Shown here: piece by piece, positions 27,744 to 36,734 of the stretch
Numbering within the stretch: position 1 is the stretch's first letter
Layout: every line of letters begins with the position of its first letter
IMG/VR virus record: IMGVR_UViG_2512047007_000001
Coordinates: 4,917 to 68,916 of that record
DNA from: a virus
Strand: one strand, 5' to 3'
DNA: 64,000 nucleotides
Notes under the pieces: generated by a model
Databases searched by the model: none
Told to the model about the DNA's origin: nothing
Seen by the model: only the letters and a program-made list of their open reading frames with translations
Made by a program: the position numbers and the translations under genes

Positions 27744-27950
27744 GTGAAGCACCTGCGTCAGAACTACTGCACCGAGGTCCAGATTCGCACCGCACCCGGT
27801 GCCGACCTCTCCACCGTCTATTGGGACTTCACCGGCCCCGCCGGCCTCTCGGACGTCGAGGTCCACGCCCGCGCGGCGCGGGCCGCCCTCGCCGAGGTGC
27901 CCGGGGAAGTCGTCGGCTCCCGCGTCATCACCGACGGCCACGCGTACTGA
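27744..27950 (+). CDS. Small hypothetical protein
   Basis: RBS AGGAGG. Confidence 0.7.
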   Translation: MKHLRQNYCTEVQIRTAPGADLSTVYWDFTGPAGLSDVEVHARAARAALAEVPGEVVGSRVITDGHAY

Positions 27951-27960
27951 CACACCCTGA

Positions 27961-27998
27961 GACGAGCCCCCGCCGGGACGCCCGGCGGGGGCTCGTCC
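27961..27998 (+). terminator. GC hairpin
   Basis: GACGAGCCCCCGCCGGG...CCCGGCGGGGGCTCGTC. Confidence 0.6.
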
Positions 27999-28054
27999 GT
28001 GCCTGGGGAGCTGCCGAGTCACCGTCACGGTCAGGCAACACGCCAAGCAAAGAG

Positions 28055-28093
28055 GCTAAGCAAGTTGAGATTGCAAACTCACTGTGCCAACAT
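28055..28093 (+). promoter_or_regulatory. Conserved early promoter, copy 2
   Basis: GCTAAGC-N3-TTGAGATTGCAAA-N4-CTGTGC-CAACAT. Confidence 0.65.
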
Positions 28094-28143
28094 GGGGGTG
28101 CAGGCAGGGCGAGGGGCCCGGCCTCAGACGACGGGAGCACACC

Positions 28144-28908
28144 ATGAGCAAGACCACCGCCGCCGCCGCCCGCCACCTCGCCAACCTCCTCGCCGCCGAG
28201 GACGCCCTCACCGCCGCCACCCGCGAGGAAGCCCGCGCCACCCGCGCCGCCACCCGCGCCACCGCCCGCGTCCTCAAGGCCCGCGCCCTTCGCACCGAGG
28301 CCCGCAAGGCCGCCCGCGCCGCCGAGCGCACCGGCAAGGGCATCGCCGCCGCCACCCGCCGCCTCGCCACCCGCGAAGCCCGCCTCGCCGAGCTGGTCGA
28401 CGCCGCCCGCGCCCGCAAGGCCGAGGCCACCACCGCCCGCCGCGCCCGCCGCGCCGCCGAGCGCCGCGTAGAGCGCATCGCCCGCCGCGCCGCACTCGCC
28501 GCCACCCGCAGCGTCGAGAAGATCGCCGCCACCCTCGGGGACGTCGCCCTCACCCCGGCCCCGGAGACGGACCCGGTCCTCCCCGTCGACGAGCTCCCCG
28601 CCGCGGAGGTCGTGGAGGCTCACGCGGTTCAGTACGCAGCCCTGGACCGCCAGGCGAAGGACCTCGCCAAGCTCGCGGAGGCGGAGCGCACCTGGCTGCG
28701 GCAGCTCCCCAACGGCACCTACGGCCGGGTCGTGATCATGCGCACCCCGGGTCGGTCCGTGCTGGACGGCGCGGCCGTGGCCCTGGCCTACACCGCCCGC
28801 GGCGAGGTCCCCCCGCGGAAGTCGACGCGGACCACGTTCAAGTGCGACGCGACCGCCGTCCTGGCCGCCGAAGAGGCGGACGCCTCCGCCCTCACCCTCA
28901 CCGCCTGA
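28144..28908 (+). CDS. Ala/Arg-rich coiled-coil protein
   Basis: RBS GGAG; long heptad N-terminus. Confidence 0.75.
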   Translation: MSKTTAAAARHLANLLAAEDALTAATREEARATRAATRATARVLKARALRTEARKAARAAERTGKGIAAATRRLATREARLAELVDAARARKAEATTARRARRAAERRVERIARRAALAATRSVEKIAATLGDVALTPAPETDPVLPVDELPAAEVVEAHAVQYAALDRQAKDLAKLAEAERTWLRQLPNGTYGRVVIMRTPGRSVLDGAAVALAYTARGEVPPRKSTRTTFKCDATAVLAAEEADASALTLTA

Positions 28909-28978
28909 CCCACACCACCCACAACACCCGAGAGCGACCCGCCGGGCGCCCAACAACGCCCGGCCCGAAGGAGGACCC

Positions 28979-29506
28979 GTGTTCGCCGAGACCGTGCTCC
29001 ACTCCGGGGGCATCACCGAGGGCCACGCCAGCGAGGCCCACGCCGCCCACCTCATCCGCCGCGCGCTCCACCGCGGCTACACCGTCACCCCCACCCCCGA
29101 CGGCGGCGCCTGCATCACCTGGACCGCCCGGCGCCTGGGCAGCGGCAGCCTGATCGAGGAGCCCCGCTCCGTCGTCCTCACCCCCCACACCCCCGCCGGA
29201 CACCTCCACGCCAGCGTCCGCACCGCCCTCCACGCCATCGCCCGGTCGGCCGACGCACACGCCTACCTCGACAAGCAGGACCGGGACCGCCCCCGCCCCG
29301 GCCTCCGCATCCGCACCAGCGCCGACGCCGAGCCGGTCGACGTCCGCACCACCTCCCGCCTCTACGGGTGCCGCCTCGTCACCGAGGAGCGCGGCAGGGT
29401 CCGCCTCACGCTCACCGCCACGCTCGCGCTCCTCGCCGCCCACGGCGCCGACCGCGACGCCCTGACCGCCGTGTTCCTCCCGGCCCCGGCCGCCGTCCCC
29501 GCCTGA
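28979..29506 (+). CDS. Hypothetical protein
   Basis: RBS GGAGG. Confidence 0.7.
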   Translation: MFAETVLHSGGITEGHASEAHAAHLIRRALHRGYTVTPTPDGGACITWTARRLGSGSLIEEPRSVVLTPHTPAGHLHASVRTALHAIARSADAHAYLDKQDRDRPRPGLRIRTSADAEPVDVRTTSRLYGCRLVTEERGRVRLTLTATLALLAAHGADRDALTAVFLPAPAAVPA

Positions 29507-29583
29507 CCCACCCGGAGCGGGCCGCCACCACCGCGGCCCGCCCTCTACCCTCACGCCCTCCGCGTGAGCAAGGAGAACCCCGC

Positions 29584-30312
29584 ATGCGCACCTACGCCAT
29601 CGCCAAGCACACCGGCGCCCGCCCCCGGCAGTGCGACACCGCAACCGTCGTCGCCGCCCCCGGCGGCGTCCGCGCCTTCGCCCTCCTCGACGGCGTCGGC
29701 TCGACCGAGGAAGTGGCCCGCTGGACCCGCGGCGCCGCCCACCAGGTCGCCGCGCTCGCCGCCCGCCACCAGAACGCCGGGGCCGGCCTGCGCGCCGCTT
29801 ACGCCGAGTACGCCGCCCGCCCCGGCCACAACGACCCGTGGGTCGACCTTCCGCACGCCGCCGCCGTCGTCGTCGTCACTGTCCCCGGCCGGCCCCTCAC
29901 CGTGGCGTGGTGCGGCGACGCCCGCGCGTACCTCTGGTCCGAATTCGACGCCGTCCAGCTCACCGACGACCACAACGACCGCCGCGTCTACCCCCCGTAC
30001 GGCGCGCGGAACATTCTGACCTCCGCCCTCGGCGCACAGAGCACGGACGCCGGGCTGCAGGCCCTCCACGGCCACCCCGCGGTCGAGGAGACCACCCACA
30101 CTCCCGCCGACGAGTGGGCGCGGCTCTGGCTCGCCAGCGACGGCGCCTACGAGCCGATGGAGGAGGCGTCCATGCCCCTCTCCGACTTCCTCTACGGGGA
30201 CCTGGAGAAGGCCGCCCGCACCGTCGTGGAGTCCGCCATCGAGGCCGACGGAGAGCGAGCCGACAACGCCACCACCCTCCTCGCGGACCTCTACCGCGGC
30301 ACCCACTACTGA
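29584..30312 (+). CDS. PP2C/SpoIIE-family Ser/Thr protein phosphatase
   Basis: LLDGVG, WCGDARAY, LTDDH, NILTSALG, LASDG, DNAT. Confidence 0.9.
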   Translation: MRTYAIAKHTGARPRQCDTATVVAAPGGVRAFALLDGVGSTEEVARWTRGAAHQVAALAARHQNAGAGLRAAYAEYAARPGHNDPWVDLPHAAAVVVVTVPGRPLTVAWCGDARAYLWSEFDAVQLTDDHNDRRVYPPYGARNILTSALGAQSTDAGLQALHGHPAVEETTHTPADEWARLWLASDGAYEPMEEASMPLSDFLYGDLEKAARTVVESAIEADGERADNATTLLADLYRGTHY

Positions 30313-30376
30313 CCACCCATCCCCCGGGGCGGCGGAACGGCCGCCGCCCCGCCACCGCACAGAAGGAGCAACCAGC

Positions 30377-30586
30377 ATGAGCACCACGTACACGATCGGG
30401 CAGCGCGTCCGCACCGCCATCGACCTCGCCCCCGGGTGGGAGGGAGCGTGGGGCGCCCCCGCCGGCACCCTGGGCACCGTGACCGGCCTCCCGGTCGGCC
30501 AGGGCTGCGGGTACGGCGTGGTCCTCGACGGTGACCCGGACCGCCTGCCCGTAGCCCTGGACCCCCACGAGTTCACGGAGGCCTGA
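30377..30586 (+). CDS. Small SH3-like beta protein
   Basis: IGQRVRT...GTLGTVT...YGVVLD; RBS AAGGAG. Confidence 0.65.
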   Translation: MSTTYTIGQRVRTAIDLAPGWEGAWGAPAGTLGTVTGLPVGQGCGYGVVLDGDPDRLPVALDPHEFTEA

Positions 30587-30609
30587 CCGCCGCCACCTCC
30601 GCGAGGGGC

Positions 30610-30895
30610 GGGGGACACCACCCGGGAGACACCTGTCCCCGGACGCGTCCCCCGCTCCTCGCGCGCTCCACCAGCCCCACCCCACCGCCCCGCCCGTCCC
30701 CATGTCGAGGGACAGGCCGTCCCCGGGTCGGGAGACACCCCGCTCGGACCGTGTCCCCTCGGCACGGACACCCGTAGCCACCTGCGGAGACAACCGCCCC
30801 CGGGACTGCCCCGAGTGCCCCGCCGGGCACCCGCGAGGACACCTGCCCCGGTGCGAGGACACACCGCCCGGAGCCCGTCCCCGGCCATGTCCCCG
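30610..30895. repeat. Intergenic GG(G/A)GACA / TGTCCCC repeat cluster
   Basis: About 15 exact or near copies in both orientations. Confidence 0.7.
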
Positions 30896-30926
30896 AGCCC
30901 ACCCACACCCCGAAGGAACCGAACCC

Positions 30927-31616
30927 GTGACGTTAACCGCCCTCCTCGCCATCGCGGCCGCCGCCTGGTGGTGGCACAACCACCGCCCCCGGCACGGCGC
31001 CGGGGCCTCGGCCGCCGCCCGGGCCCGCGCCCTGCGCACCCCCCTGGTCCGCCTCGCCACCGCCCTCGGCATCCGCACCCGCGCCGCCGCGCTCGCAGAC
31101 CGCAGCGACGCCGGCGCCGCCGGGGAACGGCGCACCGCCGCGCGCCTCGCACCCCTCACCCGCGCGGGCTGGCTCATCTACCACGACCTCGCCCTCCCCA
31201 CCGGCCGCGCCAACGTCGACCACCTCCTCGTCAGCCCGGCCGGGGCCGTCTTCCTCCCCGACAGCAAGCGGTGGTCGGCCGCCCGCCCGGTCCTCATCCG
31301 CGCCGGCCGCCTCCTCCACGGCAACCAGGACGTCACCGACCGCCTCAACGGCCTCCGCCACGAAACCGCCACCGTCGCCCGCGTCCTCGGCGTCCCCGTC
31401 ACCCCCATCGCGGTCATGGACGGCCCCCAGCTCATCGGCCCCCACGGACGCCCCGCCACCCAACTTGAGTTCCGCGGCGTCCAGATCGTCCCCGCCGACC
31501 GCCTCACCGACTACCTCACCAGCCGCGCGACCATCCCCGGCCAGCGCCGCCCCGCCGACCTCGCCGCCACCATCACCAGCGACCTCCCGCCCTACACCCG
31601 CCGCCACCGCAGCTAA
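30927..31616 (+). CDS. NERD-domain nuclease-related protein with N-terminal anchor
   Basis: GAAGERRTA, IYHDL, NVDHLLVSPAGAVFLPDSKRW; third codon is TTA. Confidence 0.85.
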   Translation: MTLTALLAIAAAAWWWHNHRPRHGAGASAAARARALRTPLVRLATALGIRTRAAALADRSDAGAAGERRTAARLAPLTRAGWLIYHDLALPTGRANVDHLLVSPAGAVFLPDSKRWSAARPVLIRAGRLLHGNQDVTDRLNGLRHETATVARVLGVPVTPIAVMDGPQLIGPHGRPATQLEFRGVQIVPADRLTDYLTSRATIPGQRRPADLAATITSDLPPYTRRHRS

Positions 31617-31630
31617 CCGAAGGAGCAAGC

Positions 31631-32005
31631 ATGCGCACCACCGATGCCACCTGCCCCGACCCCGACCACCCGACGTGGCTCCGCGCCCACGACGACACCC
31701 GAGGCTGCCCCTGGTGCCGCGTTGAGGAGCTGGAGCAGGCCGCCGCCTGGAGCGGCGCCAACCGCGACCGCTGGGCCGATGTCCACGACCTCGTGGAACA
31801 GGCCATCGAGAAGGGCTACACCTCGATCCCCACGGAGGAGCTGGAAAGCGCCCTCGGCCCCGACCCCGCCACCGACAGCAGCGTTCGCATCTGCGGCGAC
31901 TGCGCGGTGGACGAGGCAGTCCGCGACGCCGCCACCCTCGCCCCGATCCCGCCCGACGAATGGCCGGTGGAGGGGAACCTCACCTGGGCCAGCCTCTCCA
32001 GCTGA
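31631..32005 (+). CDS. Hypothetical protein
   Basis: RBS AAGGAG; CPWC. Confidence 0.7.
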   Translation: MRTTDATCPDPDHPTWLRAHDDTRGCPWCRVEELEQAAAWSGANRDRWADVHDLVEQAIEKGYTSIPTEELESALGPDPATDSSVRICGDCAVDEAVRDAATLAPIPPDEWPVEGNLTWASLSS

Positions 32006-32127
32006 CCGTCGACTACAGGGCCCGCCCGGCACCCGCCCGGGCGGGCCCTTCCACGTCCCCGAATGTGATCAAGACGGGCGCTTATCCTCCTGGGCCGCCG
32101 ACCCCGACCCGACCAGGAGCAACGCCC

Positions 32128-32820
32128 ATGCCACCCGCCACCCACGTACGCACGGACACCCTGCTCCTCAACCAGCTCCAGCACTTCCCCGGCAACGCCC
32201 GCCGCGGGGACGTCGAACTCATCCTCACCAGCCTCAAGCGCAACGGCCAGTACCGCGGCCTCGTCGTCCGCGACGTACAGCCGGACGGCCCGCTCGTCGT
32301 CCTCGCCGGCAACCACACCATGCAGGCCCTCGCCCTCCACGGCCCCGGCGCCTGCACCTACCGCACCACCCACCAGGGGCAGGAGCGGCCGTGCGGCGTC
32401 TGCTACGGCGAGGACTGGACGCCCTCCGCCCGCTGCGAGGTGATCATCTGCGACGACGACACCGCCCGCCGCATCAACCTCGTGGACAACAAGGCGAGCG
32501 ACGACGGCACCTACGACCGCGACGCCCTCGCCGAACTCCTGTCGTACCTCGATGACGACGGGTACGAAGGCACCGGCTACACCGACACCGACATCAACCT
32601 CCTCGTGGCACCGCCCCCCTCCCTCGAGGAACTGGCCGACACCTACGGCGACCCCGAAGCAGACGACTTCTGGCCCGTCCTCAAGTTCCGCGTGTCCCCG
32701 GAACTCCGGGACGCCTTCTACGGCCTCACGATCAACTGCCCCAACCCCAACGACGACGCCGAGCGCTTCCGCTACCTCCTGGAACGCGCCCGCACCGCCC
32801 CCGACCCGGAGACCGCGTGA
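32128..32820 (+). CDS. ParB/Srx-like N-terminal domain protein
   Basis: FPGNARRGDV..ILTSLKRNGQYRGLVV...VLAGNHT...INLVDNK. Confidence 0.85.
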   Translation: MPPATHVRTDTLLLNQLQHFPGNARRGDVELILTSLKRNGQYRGLVVRDVQPDGPLVVLAGNHTMQALALHGPGACTYRTTHQGQERPCGVCYGEDWTPSARCEVIICDDDTARRINLVDNKASDDGTYDRDALAELLSYLDDDGYEGTGYTDTDINLLVAPPPSLEELADTYGDPEADDFWPVLKFRVSPELRDAFYGLTINCPNPNDDAERFRYLLERARTAPDPETA

Positions 32821-33743
32821 TGCGGCTCCTCGTCTCATACCACTACCACCGGAACACCGACCTCGCCGGCCTCGTCGCCGAGCTGGGCGGGGACGTCGAC
32901 CTGTTCGCGGACTCCGGCGCATACTCCGCCGCCACCACCGGCGCCACCATCAACCTGACCGACTACGCCGCCTGGCTCCGCGACTGGGAACCGCTGTGGA
33001 CCGTACGGGCCGGCCTCGACGTCATCGGCGACCACGAGGCCACCGCCGCCAACACCACCGCGCTCCAAGACGCCGGGCTGCCCGTGCTGCCCACGTTCCA
33101 CCTCGGCTCACCCTGGCCGGTCCTGGAGCAGCTGTGCGCCAGCCACGAGTACGTCGCCCTGGGCGGCATGGCCCTCCACGCCGTCGGAGCCGCGAAGCAA
33201 CGCCCGCTCATGGCATGGCTCGTACGCGCCTTCACCATCGCCCGCGACCACGGCACCCGCTTCCACGGCTTCGGCCTCACCTCGGCACAGATCGTCAAGC
33301 ACCTGCCGTTCTACTCCATCGACTCCTCCTCCTACATGTTCGGGGAGCGCTGGGGCCTGACCTACCTCTGGAACGCCCGGGCCTGGCGCATGGAGTCGGT
33401 CCTCTTCCGCAACCCCGAAGAGGTCCGCCCCCACGCACAGCTGTTCCGCCGCCACGGCCTCGACCCCGCCCGGGTCATCCACCCCGACTTCATGCGCCCC
33501 GGCCGGGGCAACGTCGCAGACGACCGAGCCGCCGTCTCCGCCGCCGCAGCCCGCGCCTACGGCTTCATGGAGACCTCCCTCGCCCGCCGCCACCAGGTCC
33601 CCCCGCCACCGCTCCCACGCAAGGCGGACACCGGCACAAAGGTCTACCTCGCCCTCGGCGGCGCCGGCGAGAAGGACCGCGAACCGCTGCGCCGCCTCAT
33701 CCGCCAGGCCCCGCTCCCCGACCGAAAGGCACCACACCCATGA
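32817..33743 (+). CDS. dpdA: TGT-fold DNA transglycosylase (DpdA-like)
   Basis: FADSGAYS, LDVIGD, VALGGM, FHGFG, SIDSSS; directly upstream of queC. Confidence 0.75.
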   Translation: MMRLLVSYHYHRNTDLAGLVAELGGDVDLFADSGAYSAATTGATINLTDYAAWLRDWEPLWTVRAGLDVIGDHEATAANTTALQDAGLPVLPTFHLGSPWPVLEQLCASHEYVALGGMALHAVGAAKQRPLMAWLVRAFTIARDHGTRFHGFGLTSAQIVKHLPFYSIDSSSYMFGERWGLTYLWNARAWRMESVLFRNPEEVRPHAQLFRRHGLDPARVIHPDFMRPGRGNVADDRAAVSAAAARAYGFMETSLARRHQVPPPPLPRKADTGTKVYLALGGAGEKDREPLRRLIRQAPLPDRKAPHP

Positions 33744-34432
33744 CCACCCCCTCCGCCCAGCCGCTCGCGGTCCTCGCGTTCTCCGGCGGCATGGACTCCA
33801 CCACCCTCGCCGCCTACTACCACCGCCGCGGCTACCGCCTGCTGCTCCTGACCGTCGACTACGGCCAGCGCCACGCCCGCGAGCTGGAAGCGGCCCGCGC
33901 GGTCGCCGCCCACTACGCCGCCGAACACCACATCGTGGACCTGACCACGGTGGGCGCGCTCATGCCCGGCTCCGCGCTCACCGACCCCACCGTGGACGTC
34001 CCCGAAGGCCACTACGCCGCCGAGTCGATGCGCGCCACCGTCGTCCCCAACCGCAACGCGATCATGGCGAACATCGCCGCCGGCATCGGCTCCGCCCGCG
34101 CCGCGCACGTCGTCGCCCTCGGTATCCACGCCGGCGACCACCACGTCTACCCCGACTGCCGGCCCGCCTTCCTCACCGCCCTCCAAGCGTCCACCACGGC
34201 CGCCCTCGACGGCTTCCACACCCCCTACGTGGACGCCCCGTTCATCAACCGCACCAAGACCGACATTGCCCGCCTGGCCGCCACCCTGGACGCCCCCCTC
34301 GCCCTGTCCTGGTCCTGCTACCAGGGCGGCACCGCCCACTGCGGACGCTGCGGCACCTGCGTGGAGCGCCGCGAGGCCTTCACCGACGCCGGCGTGCCCG
34401 ACCCCACCACCTACGCCACCGAAGGGATCTGA
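33740..34432 (+). CDS. queC: 7-cyano-7-deazaguanine (preQ0) synthase
   Basis: FSGGMDST, VPNRN, YPDCRP, SWSCY..G..HCGRCGTC. Confidence 0.97.
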   Translation: MTTPSAQPLAVLAFSGGMDSTTLAAYYHRRGYRLLLLTVDYGQRHARELEAARAVAAHYAAEHHIVDLTTVGALMPGSALTDPTVDVPEGHYAAESMRATVVPNRNAIMANIAAGIGSARAAHVVALGIHAGDHHVYPDCRPAFLTALQASTTAALDGFHTPYVDAPFINRTKTDIARLAATLDAPLALSWSCYQGGTAHCGRCGTCVERREAFTDAGVPDPTTYATEGI

Positions 34433-34433
34433 C

Positions 34434-34877
34434 GTGCACTCCGTGACCGTCCGCCACAACTTCGAGACCGCCCACCGCCTCCCGCACCTGCCCGGCAAGT
34501 GCGAGTCCCTGCACGGCCACTCCTGGTGGGCCGAGATCACCGTCACCGCCCCCCAGCTCGCGGACGGCCTCGTGGTGGAGTTCGGCCCGTTCAAACAGCA
34601 CATCCGCCGGTGGATCGATGAGCACCTGGATCACGGCGTCATGCTCGGCCCCCAAGACCCGCTCGTCCCCCTGCTCCGCGCCCACACCACCAAGGTCCAC
34701 CAGGTGCCCGGCTGGCCGACCGTGGAGAACGTCGCCGCGCTCCTCGCCGACGTCGCCCACCTCGCCCTCCTCGACCTCCGCCGTGCCCCCGGCGCCGCCG
34801 TCACCCGCGTCCACGTCCAGGAGACCCACGTCAACGCCGCCACCTGGCACGCACCCAGCACGAGGACAGCCGCATGA
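34434..34877 (+). CDS. queD: 6-carboxytetrahydropterin synthase
   Basis: FETAHRL...CESLHGHSW, LDH, PTVEN, VQET. Confidence 0.95.
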   Translation: MHSVTVRHNFETAHRLPHLPGKCESLHGHSWWAEITVTAPQLADGLVVEFGPFKQHIRRWIDEHLDHGVMLGPQDPLVPLLRAHTTKVHQVPGWPTVENVAALLADVAHLALLDLRRAPGAAVTRVHVQETHVNAATWHAPSTRTAA

Positions 34878-35602
34878 CCACCACCCCACCCGCCCCCACC
34901 CCGGCCACTCTCGTCGTCGCCGAGACGTTCGGCCCGACCGTGCAAGGCGAAGGCCCCTCCCTCGGCCGCCGCGCCTCGTTCGTTCGCCTCGGCGGCTGCA
35001 ACCTGTCCTGTACGTGGTGCGACACCCCCTACACCTGGGACGGGGACCGGTACGACCTGCGCGCCGAGCTCACCCGCACCCCCGTGGCCGACATCGCCGC
35101 CCGCGCGCTCCAGGGCGCCCCCGGCGTCGTCGTCATCACCGGCGGCGAACCCCTCCTCCACCAGCACCAGCCCGGCTGGACGACGCTCCTCGACCTCCTC
35201 ACCGCGGGCGGCGCGGAGATCGAGGTGGAGACCAACGGCACCATCGGCCCCACCCCCACCACGGTGGCCGCCGTCGCACGCTTCAACGTCTCCCCGAAGC
35301 TCCCCCACGCCGGCGACCCCGAGCGGGCCCGTATCCGCCCCGCCCAGCTCGCCGCGCTCAACGCCACCGGCCGCGCCGCGTTCAAGTTCGTGTGCCGCAC
35401 CCCCGCCGACGTCGACCAGGTAGCCACCTACACGACCGCGTGGGGCGTCCCCCCGGCCCGGGTGTGGGTCATGCCCGAAGGCACCACCCCCGCCGCCCTG
35501 AACGCCCACCTGGCCGCCATCGCAGACCCCGCCATCACGGCCGGGTTCAACCTCACTACCCGCCTCCACGTCCACGCGTGGGGCGACGAAAGGGCCCGCT
35601 GA
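34874..35602 (+). CDS. queE: 7-carboxy-7-deazaguanine synthase (radical SAM)
   Basis: TVQGEG, FVRLGGCNLSCTWCDT, ITGGEP, ETNGT, SPK. Confidence 0.96.
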   Translation: MTTTPPAPTPATLVVAETFGPTVQGEGPSLGRRASFVRLGGCNLSCTWCDTPYTWDGDRYDLRAELTRTPVADIAARALQGAPGVVVITGGEPLLHQHQPGWTTLLDLLTAGGAEIEVETNGTIGPTPTTVAAVARFNVSPKLPHAGDPERARIRPAQLAALNATGRAAFKFVCRTPADVDQVATYTTAWGVPPARVWVMPEGTTPAALNAHLAAIADPAITAGFNLTTRLHVHAWGDERAR

Positions 35603-35604
35603 CC

Positions 35605-36216
35605 ATGACCACCACCACCCCGCCCCCCGCCAGCCTCCCCACCGCCCAGGAGACCGCCGCCGACGCCTACACCGCCGGCCTCCGCTCCTGGCTCACCGCC
35701 CGCGGCCTCGACCCCACGAGCCCCGCCCTCACCGACACCCCCGCCCGCGTCCTCCGCGCCCTCACCGAGATGACCGCCGGATACGACGAAGACCCCGCCG
35801 ACCACCTCGCCCGCACCTTCCCCGTCGACCACGACGGCGGCCCCATCCTCGTCACCGGCGTCCCCTTCACCTCCCTCTGCGAACACCACCTCCTCCCCTT
35901 CACCGGCCACGCGGACATCGCCTACCAGCCCGCCCCCGGCGCCCCCGTCGCCGGCCTGTCCAAACTCCCGCGAGTCCTCGACGTCTACGCCCGACGCCTC
36001 CAGACACAGGAACAGCTCACCCAGCAGGTCACGACCGCCCTGGACACCCACCTCGACACCCTCGGCGCCGCCTGCATCATCCGCTCCGCCCACGGCTGCC
36101 TCACCCACCGCGGCGCCCGCAAGCCCGGCTCCGTCATGGTCACCGCCTCCTACACCGGGCACTTCCACGCCTCCCCCCAGGCGCGCGCAGACCTCCACCA
36201 CCTCATGACCACCTGA
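35605..36216 (+). CDS. folE: GTP cyclohydrolase I
   Basis: TPARV, SLCEHHLLPF.G, GLSKL.R, RRLQTQE, HGC...RG. Confidence 0.96.
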   Translation: MTTTTPPPASLPTAQETAADAYTAGLRSWLTARGLDPTSPALTDTPARVLRALTEMTAGYDEDPADHLARTFPVDHDGGPILVTGVPFTSLCEHHLLPFTGHADIAYQPAPGAPVAGLSKLPRVLDVYARRLQTQEQLTQQVTTALDTHLDTLGAACIIRSAHGCLTHRGARKPGSVMVTASYTGHFHASPQARADLHHLMTT

Positions 36217-36305
36217 CCACCCCACCCCCCCCGGCGACCGCCCCCGCACCGCCCACCGGGCACCGGGGCGTCCCTGGAACCCATAAGACTCTGGAAAGAG
36301 GGACC

Positions 36306-36734
36306 GTGGGCGCATCGAAAGCACAGCGGGCCACCGCGGCGAAGAAGCGCGCGCAGGCGACCGCGCTGCGCGTCGCCGGCGTCGACTGGGCGACGATCGC
36401 GGAACGCGTCGGCTACGCCTCACCCGGCGCCGCCTGCACCGCCGTGAGCGAGGCCCTGAAAGCGAACCTCCGCGAGCAGCACGACAACGTGGACCAGCTG
36501 CGCGCCCTCACCGTCGCCCGCTACGACCGGCTCCAGGCCGCGTTCTGGCCGCTCGCCATCCAGGAGAAGGACAAGAAGGCCGCGGACGTCGTGCTCCGCT
36601 GCCTGGCGGGCCGCGCGGACGTCGAGGGCACCAAGGCCCCGACCCGCCTCAACGTGGAGGCACAGAAGCTCGGCGACGAGATCATGGCCATGCTGGAGGG
36701 CGGCGGCGACGACGGGCCGGGGGACGGGCCGTGA
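36306..36734 (+). CDS. terS: Terminase small subunit
   Basis: HTH (LRVAGVDWATIAERVGY) directly upstream of terL. Confidence 0.75.
   Translation: MGASKAQRATAAKKRAQATALRVAGVDWATIAERVGYASPGAACTAVSEALKANLREQHDNVDQLRALTVARYDRLQAAFWPLAIQEKDKKAADVVLRCLAGRADVEGTKAPTRLNVEAQKLGDEIMAMLEGGGDDGPGDGP

Noticed and set aside
28144-28908. Gam-like nuclease inhibitor
   Set aside because: Only generic coiled-coil resemblance.
30610-30895. Possible CRISPR array
   Set aside because: Repeats are only 6-8 bp, in mixed orientation with irregular spacing, and no cas genes are present.
33740-36216. Queuosine tRNA-modification pathway
   Set aside because: No queF or queA; the TGT-fold gene and phage context point to DNA modification.
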